Translations under genes and position numbers: made by a program
In this document: piece after piece, positions 12,959-39,395 of the stretch
Numbering within the stretch: the stretch's first letter is position 1
How the letters are laid out: every line of letters begins with the position of its first letter
Source of the DNA: Fimbriosthenelais zetlandica
Lineage: Eukaryota
Assembly: GCA_977030845.1 (NCBI GenBank)
Contig: OZ365114.1
Coordinates: forward strand, 25,854,001-25,918,000
Direction: 5' to 3'
Length of the DNA: 64,000 nt
Notes under the pieces: generated by a model
Told to the model about the DNA's origin: nothing
The model's input: the letters and a program-made list of their open reading frames with translations, nothing else
Database searches by the model: none

Positions 12959-13128
12959 GAAAGAGGCCGGATGTCTCGCGCTTTCTCGCATACCGGCTTC
13001 AGACGAGATTTCCCGCGAGACTTCCGGTGGCATATTTCTAACATGGCGGCCTAGAGGACCAAAACTTGCCGATACAACTTATAAACACTGTCATAGAGTC
13101 GACTTGAAGAGAATAGAAGTGTCTAAAC
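12959..13128. promoter_or_regulatory. Bidirectional RPL30/WDR35 promoter with 5'TOP/TCT initiator
   Basis: Minus-strand CTCTTTC at 12965-12959 followed by non-coding exon and donor GTGCGT; ETS-like CTTCCGG (~13021) and YY1-like AACATGGCGG (~13040); WDR35 ATG at 13129. Confidence 0.7.
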
Positions 13129-24229
<11,101 letters not shown>

Positions 24230-25123
24230 TCACCATGCCTGCAACAATTAATTATTGCAACTTTTTTCTCTTTATTTATTTTTAAAATTGTTGAAAATGC
24301 AAAAATGCATGGGAGTGTTTTTTTTAGTAAGTTATTACTGGTAAAATTCATGTTTCCCAATTAGGAATTCTTTAATTGCTTATTGGGTAAAATTTTGAGA
24401 GCTTTATAGACGTAGAGAAATTATTTAAATTGAATCTTGTACTATTGGAGCTAAGCTAATGAATGATCACACTCGTTTCGAAACATTCCATTCTTCTGTG
24501 ATTATGAATTAATTATTATCCGCCCTCTGCTAGATATGGTTTGAAGAGGAAACGAGATTCCGTCCACTCGATACATGTAATTGTGCTTTGGTATTGCAGA
24601 TCCGTCCAAATTATGAATCTCAGTTTTGGACTAATAAAGACAACTGTTATACAGTATACATATTTATTGATCTATACTAACACAAAGACCAACATTTCAC
24701 TAGTAATAGTTTATACATTGATGTATACAAGGGATATCACAAATATTTGCTTCAACATTAACTGCCAGAGTATTACTGGCACATCTTTACACATTAAGCA
24801 TGGCAGAAAAAACATGCTTAGATATAATTAATTACTATTGAGCACACCCAACTTTAACACTTATGTTCTTTGGCAAAAATGAAATAATTATATCATTACA
24901 GATCGACCTTCTCTGGGGCCTAGAAACAGTAATACCGCTATCTTAAAATTTTGAATAGGATTTAGGATTTCTTTTATGCAGTTTATGCTATCAACCGGCT
25001 TCATAAAATGCGGTCAAATTTAAATACGAGTAGCCCATGTATTTGTAATACATGAATATTTCATGAATTTGTGCGTCACTGGTTTTAAGAAGTACCACTG
25101 GTATAAATAATTGTCCATTTGTT

Positions 25124-26768
25124 TCACAGATCTACGGTACCAATGTCTGATATGTCTATGTCATAGACCTCCACTTGTGGAGCAGCACCAGGATTAACTT
25201 TAGGACCATGTCTATGTTCACGTTTGTAATGTTTATCTCGCTCTCGTTCTTTCTGTCGTGATGTGTCGTTTCGTCGGCGGGACTGCCACCGACGTATGCG
25301 GTCCTTCTCCCTCTCCATCTCTCTGTATATAGGATCCTGCCGCCTCAACCGCATCCTATCTCTAGCCTTACCCTTCTCTACCAACCTGAAATAATGGTTA
25401 ACATTGGTTAAAGTGAGTGGAAAATAATCTGATGGAAACTTACAATTTATTAAGTTACAAATGTAACCATACACAATCAATGTATTAAGTTTCCATACAC
25501 ACATACCAGAAATGATCATTTTAATTTTTTAACAATATCTGAAGGCTATAAATACCTAAATTCTGGGTTCATTCTCAGTTCACGTTTCTTTAATCTGTCT
25601 CTCTGTCTTTTGGTAAGTGCCCGGATGGAAGCCTGGAAGGTGTTTTTTGTCAGTTCTGTGAGATGTTTAGGTACACCGACTAGCTCTATGTTCATGGCAT
25701 CAGGAGGGAGCACAGGTGGTAATTCTATGGTTGCTATAGGGATAGGGACGTTGACTGACGTTGTGTCGGGAGCGACAGCGACGTACCCACCGACGTCATC
25801 TGGCTCTGACGTCAGTACCTCAACCACACCTTGAGTATCCATGGCAACTGAGGAACTGAAATTATGAGAAAAACATTTTAAGTCACAGAAGCAGTGATGT
25901 TTATTCTTTAATTTGTCTTTTTTTTAAATTTATTAATTTTTTTTTGCAATTTAAAAAAAAATATATTCCTACCTAGAAGAGGGATGTTGATCTAGATAGA
26001 GACCGTCGACATGGAGTGTCCATGACGGAGGGTCAGTGGTCTCTGTCTCCTCTATACCCGCCTCCACTACCGGACTCTCAGTCAGGATATGCTCAGTAGT
26101 TAAGTTCTGTTTACGTCTCCTCGGGTGGCAGCTCGTGGTCACCACTGTCTCTGTAGCAACCATGTCTGGTACCTCCTCCTTGTTGTGGAGTAGTTTGAGG
26201 TATTCAGGTATGGATGTGCTATCTATTAAAAGAAACAACAGTTAGTATTATTTTTTTTAATTTTATTTTTCTTGGGGGGAGGGGGGCAGCCTTGTGGTCC
26301 CCCAAAATTAATATTACAGCCTTTACCCTCTGGACCCGCCTATTTTAGGTGTGTTTTAATTTAATACTAAACATTTTAATATTTTAACTAAAGTTAGGTG
26401 TTTGTTAAAGTGGTTTATAGTTAAATCGACATGGAATATTTACCTGCCACCTCTGTTGCTGTGTCTATTTCAATCACATTAGCTGTATCAAAGACTTCCA
26501 CTGGGATATATTGATTGAGTTCTACTTCTTGTTGTATTGTAATCACTGATTGGCCTGTTGGGTCCATTAGATTCAGATCTTCACTGCCCCCATTGAGAGC
26601 ACTGGAGGTGGAGGAAATGACGAGCTGCTCATCGAGTCGGTCGACCGTGCTGGAGATCATCTCACACTGGCCGCCTATCATGAGGGTATCAGCTATAGGT
26701 GAAATGGTATCTTTACAGGTGTCAGGGTCCGAGGACAGCATACTCTGACACGAGTCAGGCTCCTCCAT
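25124..26768 (-). CDS. Uncharacterised ~378-aa protein with acidic low-complexity N-terminus and C-terminal basic charged repeats (STPR-like)
   Basis: Phase-compatible exons 26768-26444, 26222-25973, 25855-25556, 25385-25124 (1137 nt); repeats RQRDRLKKRELRMNPEFR / KARDRMRLRRQDPIYR / EREKDRIRRWQSRR / ERERDKHYKREHR; upstream non-coding exon with donor near 27440. Confidence 0.8.
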
Positions 26769-26981
26769 CACTAAAGCTCTCACGAGTTGAAGCCTACAAA
26801 ATGGATTGAAAAAGGCATATGATATTAATTTTATACGGTATTTCCAAAAACCATTTTTCTTGCCAACCCAGATAGCCTATCAACATTGGAATCTAGGCCT
26901 GTAGACCTACAACTTTGCCGGCTTTGGCTCCTTTTATATCCATTTTTTTTAAAATCAAACTAAAATGATACTGAACTGTGA

Positions 26982-27006
26982 CCCCCCCCCCCCCCCCCCC
27001 CCCCCC
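26982..27006. repeat. C25 homopolymer
   Basis: Read directly. Confidence 0.9.
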
Positions 27007-27152
27007 AACACAGCTTTCTTTAACTTTGCGTGTCACAAAAACCTGTACACCCACCCCCCACCCCCGCCCCCCAAAGGTGTGACGTCCTTTATTTAATTTA
27101 TGGACGGCTACGAGGCTAAAACTAAAAGTTGACACTATCTAGTAAATCTATA

Positions 27153-29406
27153 TACCGGTAGGCCTACCATTTATTTCTATTATTTTGCAATACTATAATT
27201 TAGGTTGTTAACCAAAGAACGGAGAAAAGGGACGCCCCCCGCGTCCATGGCAGAGCGGGGGCGCCTGTGACGCTGTGTGTTTGGTCTGTCTGTGCGTCTG
27301 ACACTGTCAGAAATCGGTCTGTCTGTGCGTCTGACACACCAGCTGCCGGTAATCACAGCATCCAGGCATCTCTAACAGATACACATAGCTCTATAGTCTC
27401 TATATTATTGGATTAACAGCTAAAACCGACAGGCCTTTACCTGAATACTTGTAAAAACCAGGACAACCACCGATGTGCTGCTTCTTCTTTGACGGCGCCT
27501 TGCCGGAAGTACGACCTACTCCGCACTTCATCGCTTACTGAATGCTGATTGGTCAAAGCATTTTCCCGCCTGAGCACCTGTCCAGTCCAGAGGTGTGCTC
27601 ATGGGGTCGGCCTACACGCGCATGGTCTATGGCATGATTAAAGTCCGAGATGACTATACCTATATATAGGATGAAGGAAAAGAAATTTATTAAATGAAAG
27701 AGTTGCAAAATAAAAAGGACTGTAGGCCTAGGGGTACAAATTATTAGACAAAGCCCTATATCTTTACACTTTTGTTACGGTAGGCTACAGCATCCACCAA
27801 GCTAACACACAGTGCACATGTTAGGCCTACTAACAGATTATTTCAGGCTCTCAAGCAAAAGGAGAAAGTCTCTGTATAGGCCTATATAATATATATTCAT
27901 GCCCATAGCTAGGCCTATGATAGAATAAACCTTTAATTGTTTCAAGACTTTCTGGACCCACTCCATCTCTCCTTAGAGTAAAATGATTTTACTCTAAGAT
28001 CTCTCCGACCACATACATGTGTTTTCACTGCCATTGCGGGCAAGGTTTTAACCAACAATTAACATCTCTGTTGTCTAAGCCCCAAAGATTCTTCACAGCT
28101 GCTGCCAACAAACAATAGCTTTGAAACAAGGATGTCGGACGGTTGACGTCCTAACAAAGAAGACAGTGCGCACCCTGCCTGCTATTACATAACGTCAAGT
28201 GGAGACAGGTCTAATAGATGTCATATGGGGAGGGGGCACACTTTTGTCCTAAAAGTTAAAAGCCAAGATTCTCTTGTTCACAAAGGAAAAATAGACCAGT
28301 CCTTCGTTAGTCTCCTAACCTTTAGCCTGTGCACTTTGAACAGCCATGCATAATAAATTAAGCGAGATAGGCCAAACCAAGCCTAACTATTAAGCCGACG
28401 CGTGGGTAGCATATCTATGGCCTATAGCTGTCATTCATTTAGATCTAGGCCTATGCTACATAAGGCAAACACGTGTGCGCTAGGTCTAACCATTTGGAAA
28501 ATTCAGAAATATAAAATCCCGAATAGCCTAGGTCACTCCTTTATTACTGACCGTAGGGGTCAATGGATTAATAAAATAAAAAAGTAACTGAGCTAGGGTA
28601 TATAGATCTATATAGACATATATCATAGGGACCTAAAAAGTAAAATTGAAAAATCCCAACATGGGCTATATAGGCCTACACTGTAGGCATAATTTATAGG
28701 TCAACACAAATGAAAATAATTCGTGTTTTAAACGGTACCGTAGACCTAGACCTACTAGCCTAAATAAAGAAAATAATAGGGCCTAACCTCCCGCGGTATT
28801 TAGAAAATCTGCCAGTCTGAAAAATAGGCCTATAGCCTATACAATTGTAAGCCTACAAGTATATAAAAATCCTTCTAGTCCCATTGTTAGATAGGCCTAC
28901 ATGCACATATATAGGACTATATCCGATCGTATGTCGGGCCAATGTGGAGTTTTTTTTGTGGGTTAAATTTGCCTTCTAATAATAGGGGCCTAAATACATC
29001 CCTAAATTCACAAAGCGATTCGCATGCAATATATAGGTACGACAGCCCACATGTAGCATTGTAGGCCTCTAAGATAATATACACACCTGTAGGCTACATA
29101 TATATAGGCCTAGGCTATAGCCACGTGGCTTACCAGATCTTAACCCTAGCTGTTAGGAATAAAACATTTTTCGGAGAAAAACACGAGGTTAATTCAACTT
29201 TAATATCAGACCTAAACCTACAGGCTCTGGTAGGCCCCATGCCTAAGCTACTATATTTCTTATTCGATAATAGGTCTATTGTCACTAAGTTAGGCCTACG
29301 GTAAGCCTACAACATAAATATGATGAACTACACTTAGAATACATTTAGGTAATTTTATAATGTGATGAAATAAACATTGAAGTGGATCGAGACCTCCGTA
29401 GGCCTA
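27153..29406. other. Cluster of dispersed TAGGCCTA palindromes (12 copies) plus TACCGGTA/TAGATCTA
   Basis: TAGGCCTA at 27159, 27723, 27822, 27877, 27910, 28446, 28671, 28825, 28892, 29105, 29291, 29399. Confidence 0.85.
27283..27337. repeat. 22-bp direct repeat GGTCTGTCTGTGCGTCTGACAC x2
   Basis: Copies at 27283-27304 and 27316-27337. Confidence 0.85.
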
Positions 29407-30357
29407 GATATCTTTTCAGATTAACTTTTACTGATGTTTTGATTAGCCAAATATATTAGATCCCCGGGGCCTAAATAACAAAAGAACTTACAAGACAGGG
29501 AACCACTCGGATGTTTCTTTTTGTTCTGTTAATTTTGCTTCTTTCAGTTTTGCAGGGGTGGGGGCCTGAAAAAAATCTTATTTTGAAACTGGGCCCGGTT
29601 ATATGTTGGCTATATCGGCCTATATTGGCTATAATATGTATATGGGCCTAGCTATATCCCTATACTAGGCCCTAGGCCCCACTCTGGACTAGAAATTAAA
29701 AATATCAAGGCAATTAATGCCTAGGAATATATAGGGAAATAGGTCTATAGACCCTAACATAGCTCTAAATCGACTAACCTTAAAATATTTCATAATGGCT
29801 TGACATGTCCATTGAATAGGCATATACGTATGTATATGTATATCGATCTTGGCTGCTATACATGTGTGTATGGTTGTAGACCTTTCCCTCAATGGTGCAA
29901 CGAGGCCTTAGGGGTTCATCTCATAGAGGTACTGATAGGGGTTTTTTCAAATAAAATGATAAAAGGCCTATGTGTACACATATTTCTGGGGAGTTTATAT
30001 TTTTAGCAAGGGTCAATTTTAGTACATCCCATCTTATGAAAACTGAAGAGAATATTAAATGTGGGCATATTATAATAAAAAAAATATAAATAATATAAGT
30101 ATTGAGAAATTCCCATAGGGGCCTCCTGCTTTGAGTGACGTCATAGGTAGTCCCCGTACCACGTGACATTTCCATCGTGGAAAAATGATAATTATATAAA
30201 TTGTTCGCGATGTAAAATTTGTACCGGGGGTATGTCATATAATTTATTTCTATTTTATTAATTCTGTAGCTTTGATAATGTTATAAGTAACTATTCGCAA
30301 AACAGGTTGTGAAATGTCCCGTATGACGTCAATTCCCGACACCCCCTCTAGCCACCA

Positions 30358-30395
30358 TATATAAACCACGTGATTGTCCATGCTCGGTCCTTTTC
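30358..30395 (+). promoter_or_regulatory. EF1-alpha core promoter: TATA box and TCT/5'TOP initiator
   Basis: TATATAAA at 30358-30365 and CCTTTTC at 30389-30395 about 30 nt downstream; non-coding exon 1 ends at donor GTAGGT (30418). Confidence 0.8.
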
Positions 30396-31482
30396 ACCAC
30401 GACACAGGCACAGAGTGGTAGGTACATTGGGTTCTCCCATCTTTATCCATTTCATCTGCCGTAACCAGTGATCATCGCCTCTCTAAAATTATACTATTTG
30501 ATAGTATAATGTTTTATCTTTGCTGTCCTATAATTATTTTGGGAATTTAGGTTGGAAATATTGACAAAATTGGAGATTTAAAAAAATAGGACATGGCAGT
30601 CGGAAGTGTCTTGATCGTGCAGTATGGCCGACCAGACCACTATCGACATGAAGTTTAAATTGTCCTCTTTTTCTATATCTTTCGATGGGAGGCGATCTTA
30701 ACTGGTATTCATTGTCTTGTAAAAACTGTATTGTTGTATTTTGTGGACCTGATTTGTTCATATTCTACGTTCTTCCCTGGATTTTACCATGTATGTCTGG
30801 GTTGGCTTGGTGTGAAAAAAGCCGGCCGGTGTGAAACGCCATTACGAGTAGCCGGCATTGCATCAGCTTGGATTTTCCCTTACAATATCTTTATTATCGT
30901 GTCTTACCTTTAAAAAAGTAAGAAAATAACACTGGGATAGTGTCACACTCAGGAATATGTACCATGGAGTTTATTTACATCGTGGTCAGGATGACGCATA
31001 CGTTGATATTGGTCATGGATTATAGGTTAGGTGTCTATGGATGAGACAGGAGTGGGGGTAGGGGCCATGTTCTTGTCGCTCATGGGCACGTGGCACCACC
31101 AGCCACATAATAAATTAGCTTCATATGTTGGAACTTAAAGTAGATATACTCGGGCTTTTAAAATTAGGAATTACATATACATATTTAGCCAGCATTGTGA
31201 AGTTTAATATCCAAATCGGGCCGTTTTCACTTTGATTAAGCAGTGAATTTGAAACCTTGTGACTTGTCTTGTTCCAGATTAGTCGGTAGACTAGGTTATT
31301 GTCCCTTTGTACAAACAAGACCCGTGGCTATGGTTGGCCTTATCCTATACATGTTAAAATAAGCTAGAAAGGGACATTCTAGAATTCACAAATATGGTAA
31401 TGAGGGTGACAAATATCAATAATTTCAATTTTTACTTGCAGCATAATATCCCCGTAAAGCATAATCCTAAAGGAAAGCAACC

Positions 31483-34579
<3,097 letters not shown>

Positions 34580-35586
34580 ATAATTGAGGAAGTTTTAACC
34601 ACAGACGAGGGAAACGAGGAGCGGTGCTGCCATCAGAATACCGCTACTTATTGTTGTAGAAACTTACCATCGTCAAACATTGCAGCTAGACGAGCTGTAT
34701 GTAATAATTGCAGACCTCGACATAATAGCTCGACTGTTTATAACAGTCAGTTTCTGTGGAAATCTAAAATCATGTGCCAGAACATTTGTAACGTTGCTTT
34801 GCAGCTTGAACTGTCAGATTGGTTGCTTAGATCTAAAGTTCACCGCAAGGAATTCCGAAGGAAAAACGGGGGTTGCTTAGTAACTTAAGAACATCGTTAA
34901 GATTAAGACCTAAGATAAGAAGGGGGATAAGATCAGAACAACGGGATCGGTGTATTAAGTAAAATAAAAAAAAATCGAGCTAAAGCTAAATGTTTTAGAC
35001 ATTATCTATTATGTAAGATTTATTTGGCAGAAATGCCTAACTATATTTGTGGCCAGATTATTTTTATTCTCTGTGATAAAGAGACGTACAATATTGTGCT
35101 ACATTCACGACGTGCAATTAAAAGCCGACTTGAAAAAAATTGTTTGAAATTGAATTTTCTAAATTGTCCTTTTCCTTTATGATTTAAGTTACCTTTTTTA
35201 AAATAGGAAAATCCATCCCTTAAATGATTTAAAATGAATTTCTGATATAAAATGAGGCCTTTAAACGTGGCCAAGATGAAAAATTAAAATTCATAACTGA
35301 TAGGTAAACGACATAGAGCATTGTCAGTAAATGAAAATATATTCCAAAGCAAATAGTATTAGATATATTATACTAATGTTATTCATGATGGAAACTTGAT
35401 ATGGACCACAAGTAAATAATTTCTAAGTAAATGTAAATTTTAACATTCAATGTAAGAGTTTTTGGTTCAGTAGGCCTAAACTTTTGAATATTTTAATTAC
35501 TAAATAGAACTTCAGACATGCAGGTTTCTGCCCCCCAAAAAGAATTAATATTTGTCCATGTAGCTGGCTTTATAGATGTTACAATA

Positions 35587-37440
35587 TTAGTTGTGGGTGG
35601 AGATGCCAATGGCAGTGACGAAGACATTCATGAGCGTTATAAAGTAAAGCATGTAGAGAGCTAATTGTTGCCACCAGCGGATCTTCTTAAATGTCGCCAT
35701 CTCCTCTTTCTCTTCCTGTTCATCAGCCAGTAGTATAGCCTGCTTGTGACGGGAATCAGCAAACTGGACCTCAGTGTCCGCCTGTTCTTTCTCCCTCCTC
35801 ACACTATTCAGATTCTCCCTCGCCGCCGCCAGCTCTTTCTCGGCCTCTGGGTTTTTCAGTCCTGCTCCCTTTTTGGCCATGTCGGCCTCCAGCCTCTCCA
35901 CATCAGTGGTAGACTTGAGAACATTGGTGACAGCATTGGTCAGTTTCACCTTGGCCTGCTCCAGAGACAGCCTGCTCCTCTCTACAGAGTTACTGGCATC
36001 TTTAGGTGGTTCCTTCTTCAGGATGGACCATTCACAGCAGCCTGCTGCCTCACTCTCATCCTCATTGGTGAAGTATTGAGATGCGGTCATATCCAGTGTG
36101 TCTGCCCGCACCTCAGGAGCACCTACCCCTATAGGAACGCTGATGTAACTCGGGGCACGTTTCCTGTCATCTTTCTTGCAGCATACAGGGTTGCATTTGC
36201 AAATGAAACAGTTGAGAAAACGCCGACAAATGCTGGCCTTCTTCGCCTGGCTTTGATAACGCACATGACCTAAAAGATTAAAAAGAAATCATAGAAATTA
36301 GTAGACCATAAAAATTAGTGGACTACTGATTTTGACGGGCTACTATTACCCCTCTTCATTTTCCCTTCATATTAATTGACATGTTATATCATGGGGGAAA
36401 GATAGTAATCTTAGTTAGCAAAAATCATTTTCAAGTTAATTGAAACTCCGCGAGGGGGAGGCACTGAGTCCATGCATTTTGCTTACCTATATAAATGACG
36501 ATTATTCCCACAATGATCTGTAAGGCTATGGAGCCTATCAGTAAGGCCAGCACAAAATGGTAGAGTTTGTGTTTGCGTCCCACATCTAGCAAGATCTTTA
36601 ATTCTGTAACCTGCAGATAAAGGAGAAAAATATAATTTTTTTGTGTCCCGACATGTGCTTCAATGCTTTATATGAACCTTGTGCTGGATCAGCTCCTGTC
36701 TTTTTTCTTCTTTTAGGCCTACTCAGGCCCTATAGTATTGCGTTATTTAAGTTTGAATTTATTTAAATTAAAAATGAAATAAATTAAAAGCCTAGGGGTG
36801 GATATTATAGATACTCTACCTGAGTGAGGGCGAGTACGGAGAGGAGCGCCCCCTGGGCCTTGTTCTGGCTCTGTTCCAGGTCCGTGTGGCGGGCCAGCAC
36901 CTGACCATCAAAAACCATTAAACTTCATCCTCTATTAACCATCAAACAATGACTCACTAATTTACCTTCATCACTCATGGCTATACATTATATTAAATGA
37001 AAAACAAACCACCCATGTCATGGGACATCTGCATTAAGATCCGGGGAAAAAGTAATTTGGTTGGGATAGGCCTATACATTAGCCCTGTATAAACTTCTTC
37101 TCATTTTCAAAAGTACAAAACTATTCCCTGGTATAAAACAATGTCATACTTCTCATTGACAACATAAGTAAGAGACAGATCCCCACTTCAAACAAAATAA
37201 GAAAAATGTCATAGCCTAATTCTTATAGGCTGTGCATGCGCTTTAAAAATGGACAAATAGAAAACTATCTGGACATGTTCACAATTGGTAATGCATTCAA
37301 CTTTAAAGAATATTCGAAAAAGTCAGTTAATGATCTAGTTGAGACTATTATGTTTTTCAAAGACTTTTAAACAGTAAAAGAAATATGAAGAGTGGACTTA
37401 CCTCCTTCACCTTGGTCCTACGTCCGTTCTCATCCCCCAT
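35587..37440 (-). CDS. Ninjurin-family membrane protein (~308 aa) with a large insert between the two hydrophobic helices
   Basis: Exons 37440-37402, 36900-36820, 36610-36487, 36269-35587 splice in frame (927 nt). ELKILLDVG...YHFVLALLIGSIALQIIVGIIVI and QQLALYMLYFITLMNVFVTAIG match the ninjurin signatures LK..G..Y..LI..S..LQI.VG and LA......I...N.F.TA.G. Confidence 0.85.
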
Positions 37441-39395
37441 TTTGATGCTCAATGATCTTACTGAGAAATACCGCGCGATATCAAGTCATAAAGTTGGACT
37501 TCAATTAAAATCCTGGAAGTTTACTGGCTGAGTCTCATCACATGACCCTGTGGATGGGACAAAGGTGACATGACCTTTAATCGTGATGGCCCGGGGCTTG
37601 AGGAGAGACTTGGAGATGACCTACAGATGGTCGTCTGCTCATGGCAATGAGTCAAGGTCATTGAGGTCAAATGACCAGCTCCCTCATAATATATATATTT
37701 ATCTAGAGACTGATGTAGCCGGAAATAATGTCCCCTTAATCAAATATATCATTGTTGTGGACTCATGCCAATTATATGAGAGCTATTATGAACTAAATCA
37801 CTAGAAATGAAATATAGTTTGTGAATGGCAGTCCAGGGGCTAATATATAAGCCCTTGATATAAGCCTAAACATTAATCTAATTTTATCCGGAAGAATTCC
37901 TCATTCGCGAGGCGCGCTGAATAGATTTCTTATAACAAATGAATGTTTATGGTTGATTGTTTATTTGCCCAGGAAATAAGCAACATATATTTGGAGAAAT
38001 AAATAAAATAATTAGCAAATAAACGACAGAAATATTTAATATAGAAAAGAGGATACCTTGAAAAACTTAGTAAAGCACCCGGCCAATGTGCTGCTAATAT
38101 ATTACATGTACAGCTTTTTGGTAAACAAATACCCGGTATGTTACAATCACAAAGTAACTAAAAAGGGAATAATAAATACCATAGAAAAGTACAAAAGAAA
38201 CTTCAATACCGGTATCGAATAAATAATATAATCACTGTAAGTATCTCGCGGTGGTCATCAACAATAGTGCTTCAACAAGTTAAAATTGTCTATGTATATC
38301 TTCACAACAAGTGTCGCTAATCCTCCGAAATATATTGACTACTATAGGATATAGCTTTTATAACTAGTGAAACATGTATGCATAAGACAGATACCATATT
38401 ATAAGCAGAACGACACTTTGAACTTAAAGAAAGTGATTGTTGGCGCTCAGAATGATACTCTACACATTGCTTATATTAATTGTGTTCATCCACAAAACAT
38501 TTAAGACATCTCTTATTGCCTTTGAATGAATATGATTAAGAATCTGTAAATTCTTGTCTTCAAAACGAAGATGATTACCGTACCTCGGGTGTCAGACATC
38601 AAAGATAGAAGACTAGAAAATGACCACAGCAAAGTTTGGTGAAATGCGAGATGAGATAAGATGAGAGCTAGGTGTTGTGTTCAGTTAGTCAAACAACAGT
38701 TGTTTGTGTATGCAGAGTATTTCCCACAAATGAGGGAAGCAAGAAATATACATACATGTATGTCTACATTCTGTGCAGCAGTGCAAAAATATACTAAGTG
38801 TATTTTTCCCTTTTCCAATCAATTATCCATATTCGAAAGTGTTGTCAATATCAATACAACTGCCTGAGATATACCGGGTATGGAAAAGGGGAAAATAACA
38901 ATGCCATGAACTCCAGACTAACTTCAAGCATTATCAGGAATAAGTGGACATGATTGTGGACACCAGTAGAGGGTGCTGTACCATATACCTACACATCCAT
39001 CACACCTAATGTACATTGTATATATGGTATCGGAGATAAACATTTGAAAAGATGTACTGGCCTTTCAAAGAGTAAAGATCACATATTATACACATTCTTC
39101 AACCCTGATTTGACTATTATCCATTCTTGCTTGACTAATATTCCCCAAAGAAGTCTGAATATTAATTATCTGAAACATTTTTGCCAGATACAAACACACA
39201 TATCACGGACACTCTCCAGTCACGACATGGCCATTTTTTCTATTTGTGAATGAGTATTAAAAATTGGAGAAATCCCAAGCTTTAAACAAATTATTACTCT
39301 CAGAGTATTCTTGTCAAAAGTCCAAATGTTCGAAATCACATTAATCAGTCCTTGAATGAAGAAACCATTACAAACGCAAGTATTGAGAATCACAG

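Noticed and set aside
26270-26345. MITE remnant (ends CTGGACCCGCC)
   Set aside because: Only one putative end is visible; no matching inverted repeat or TSD.
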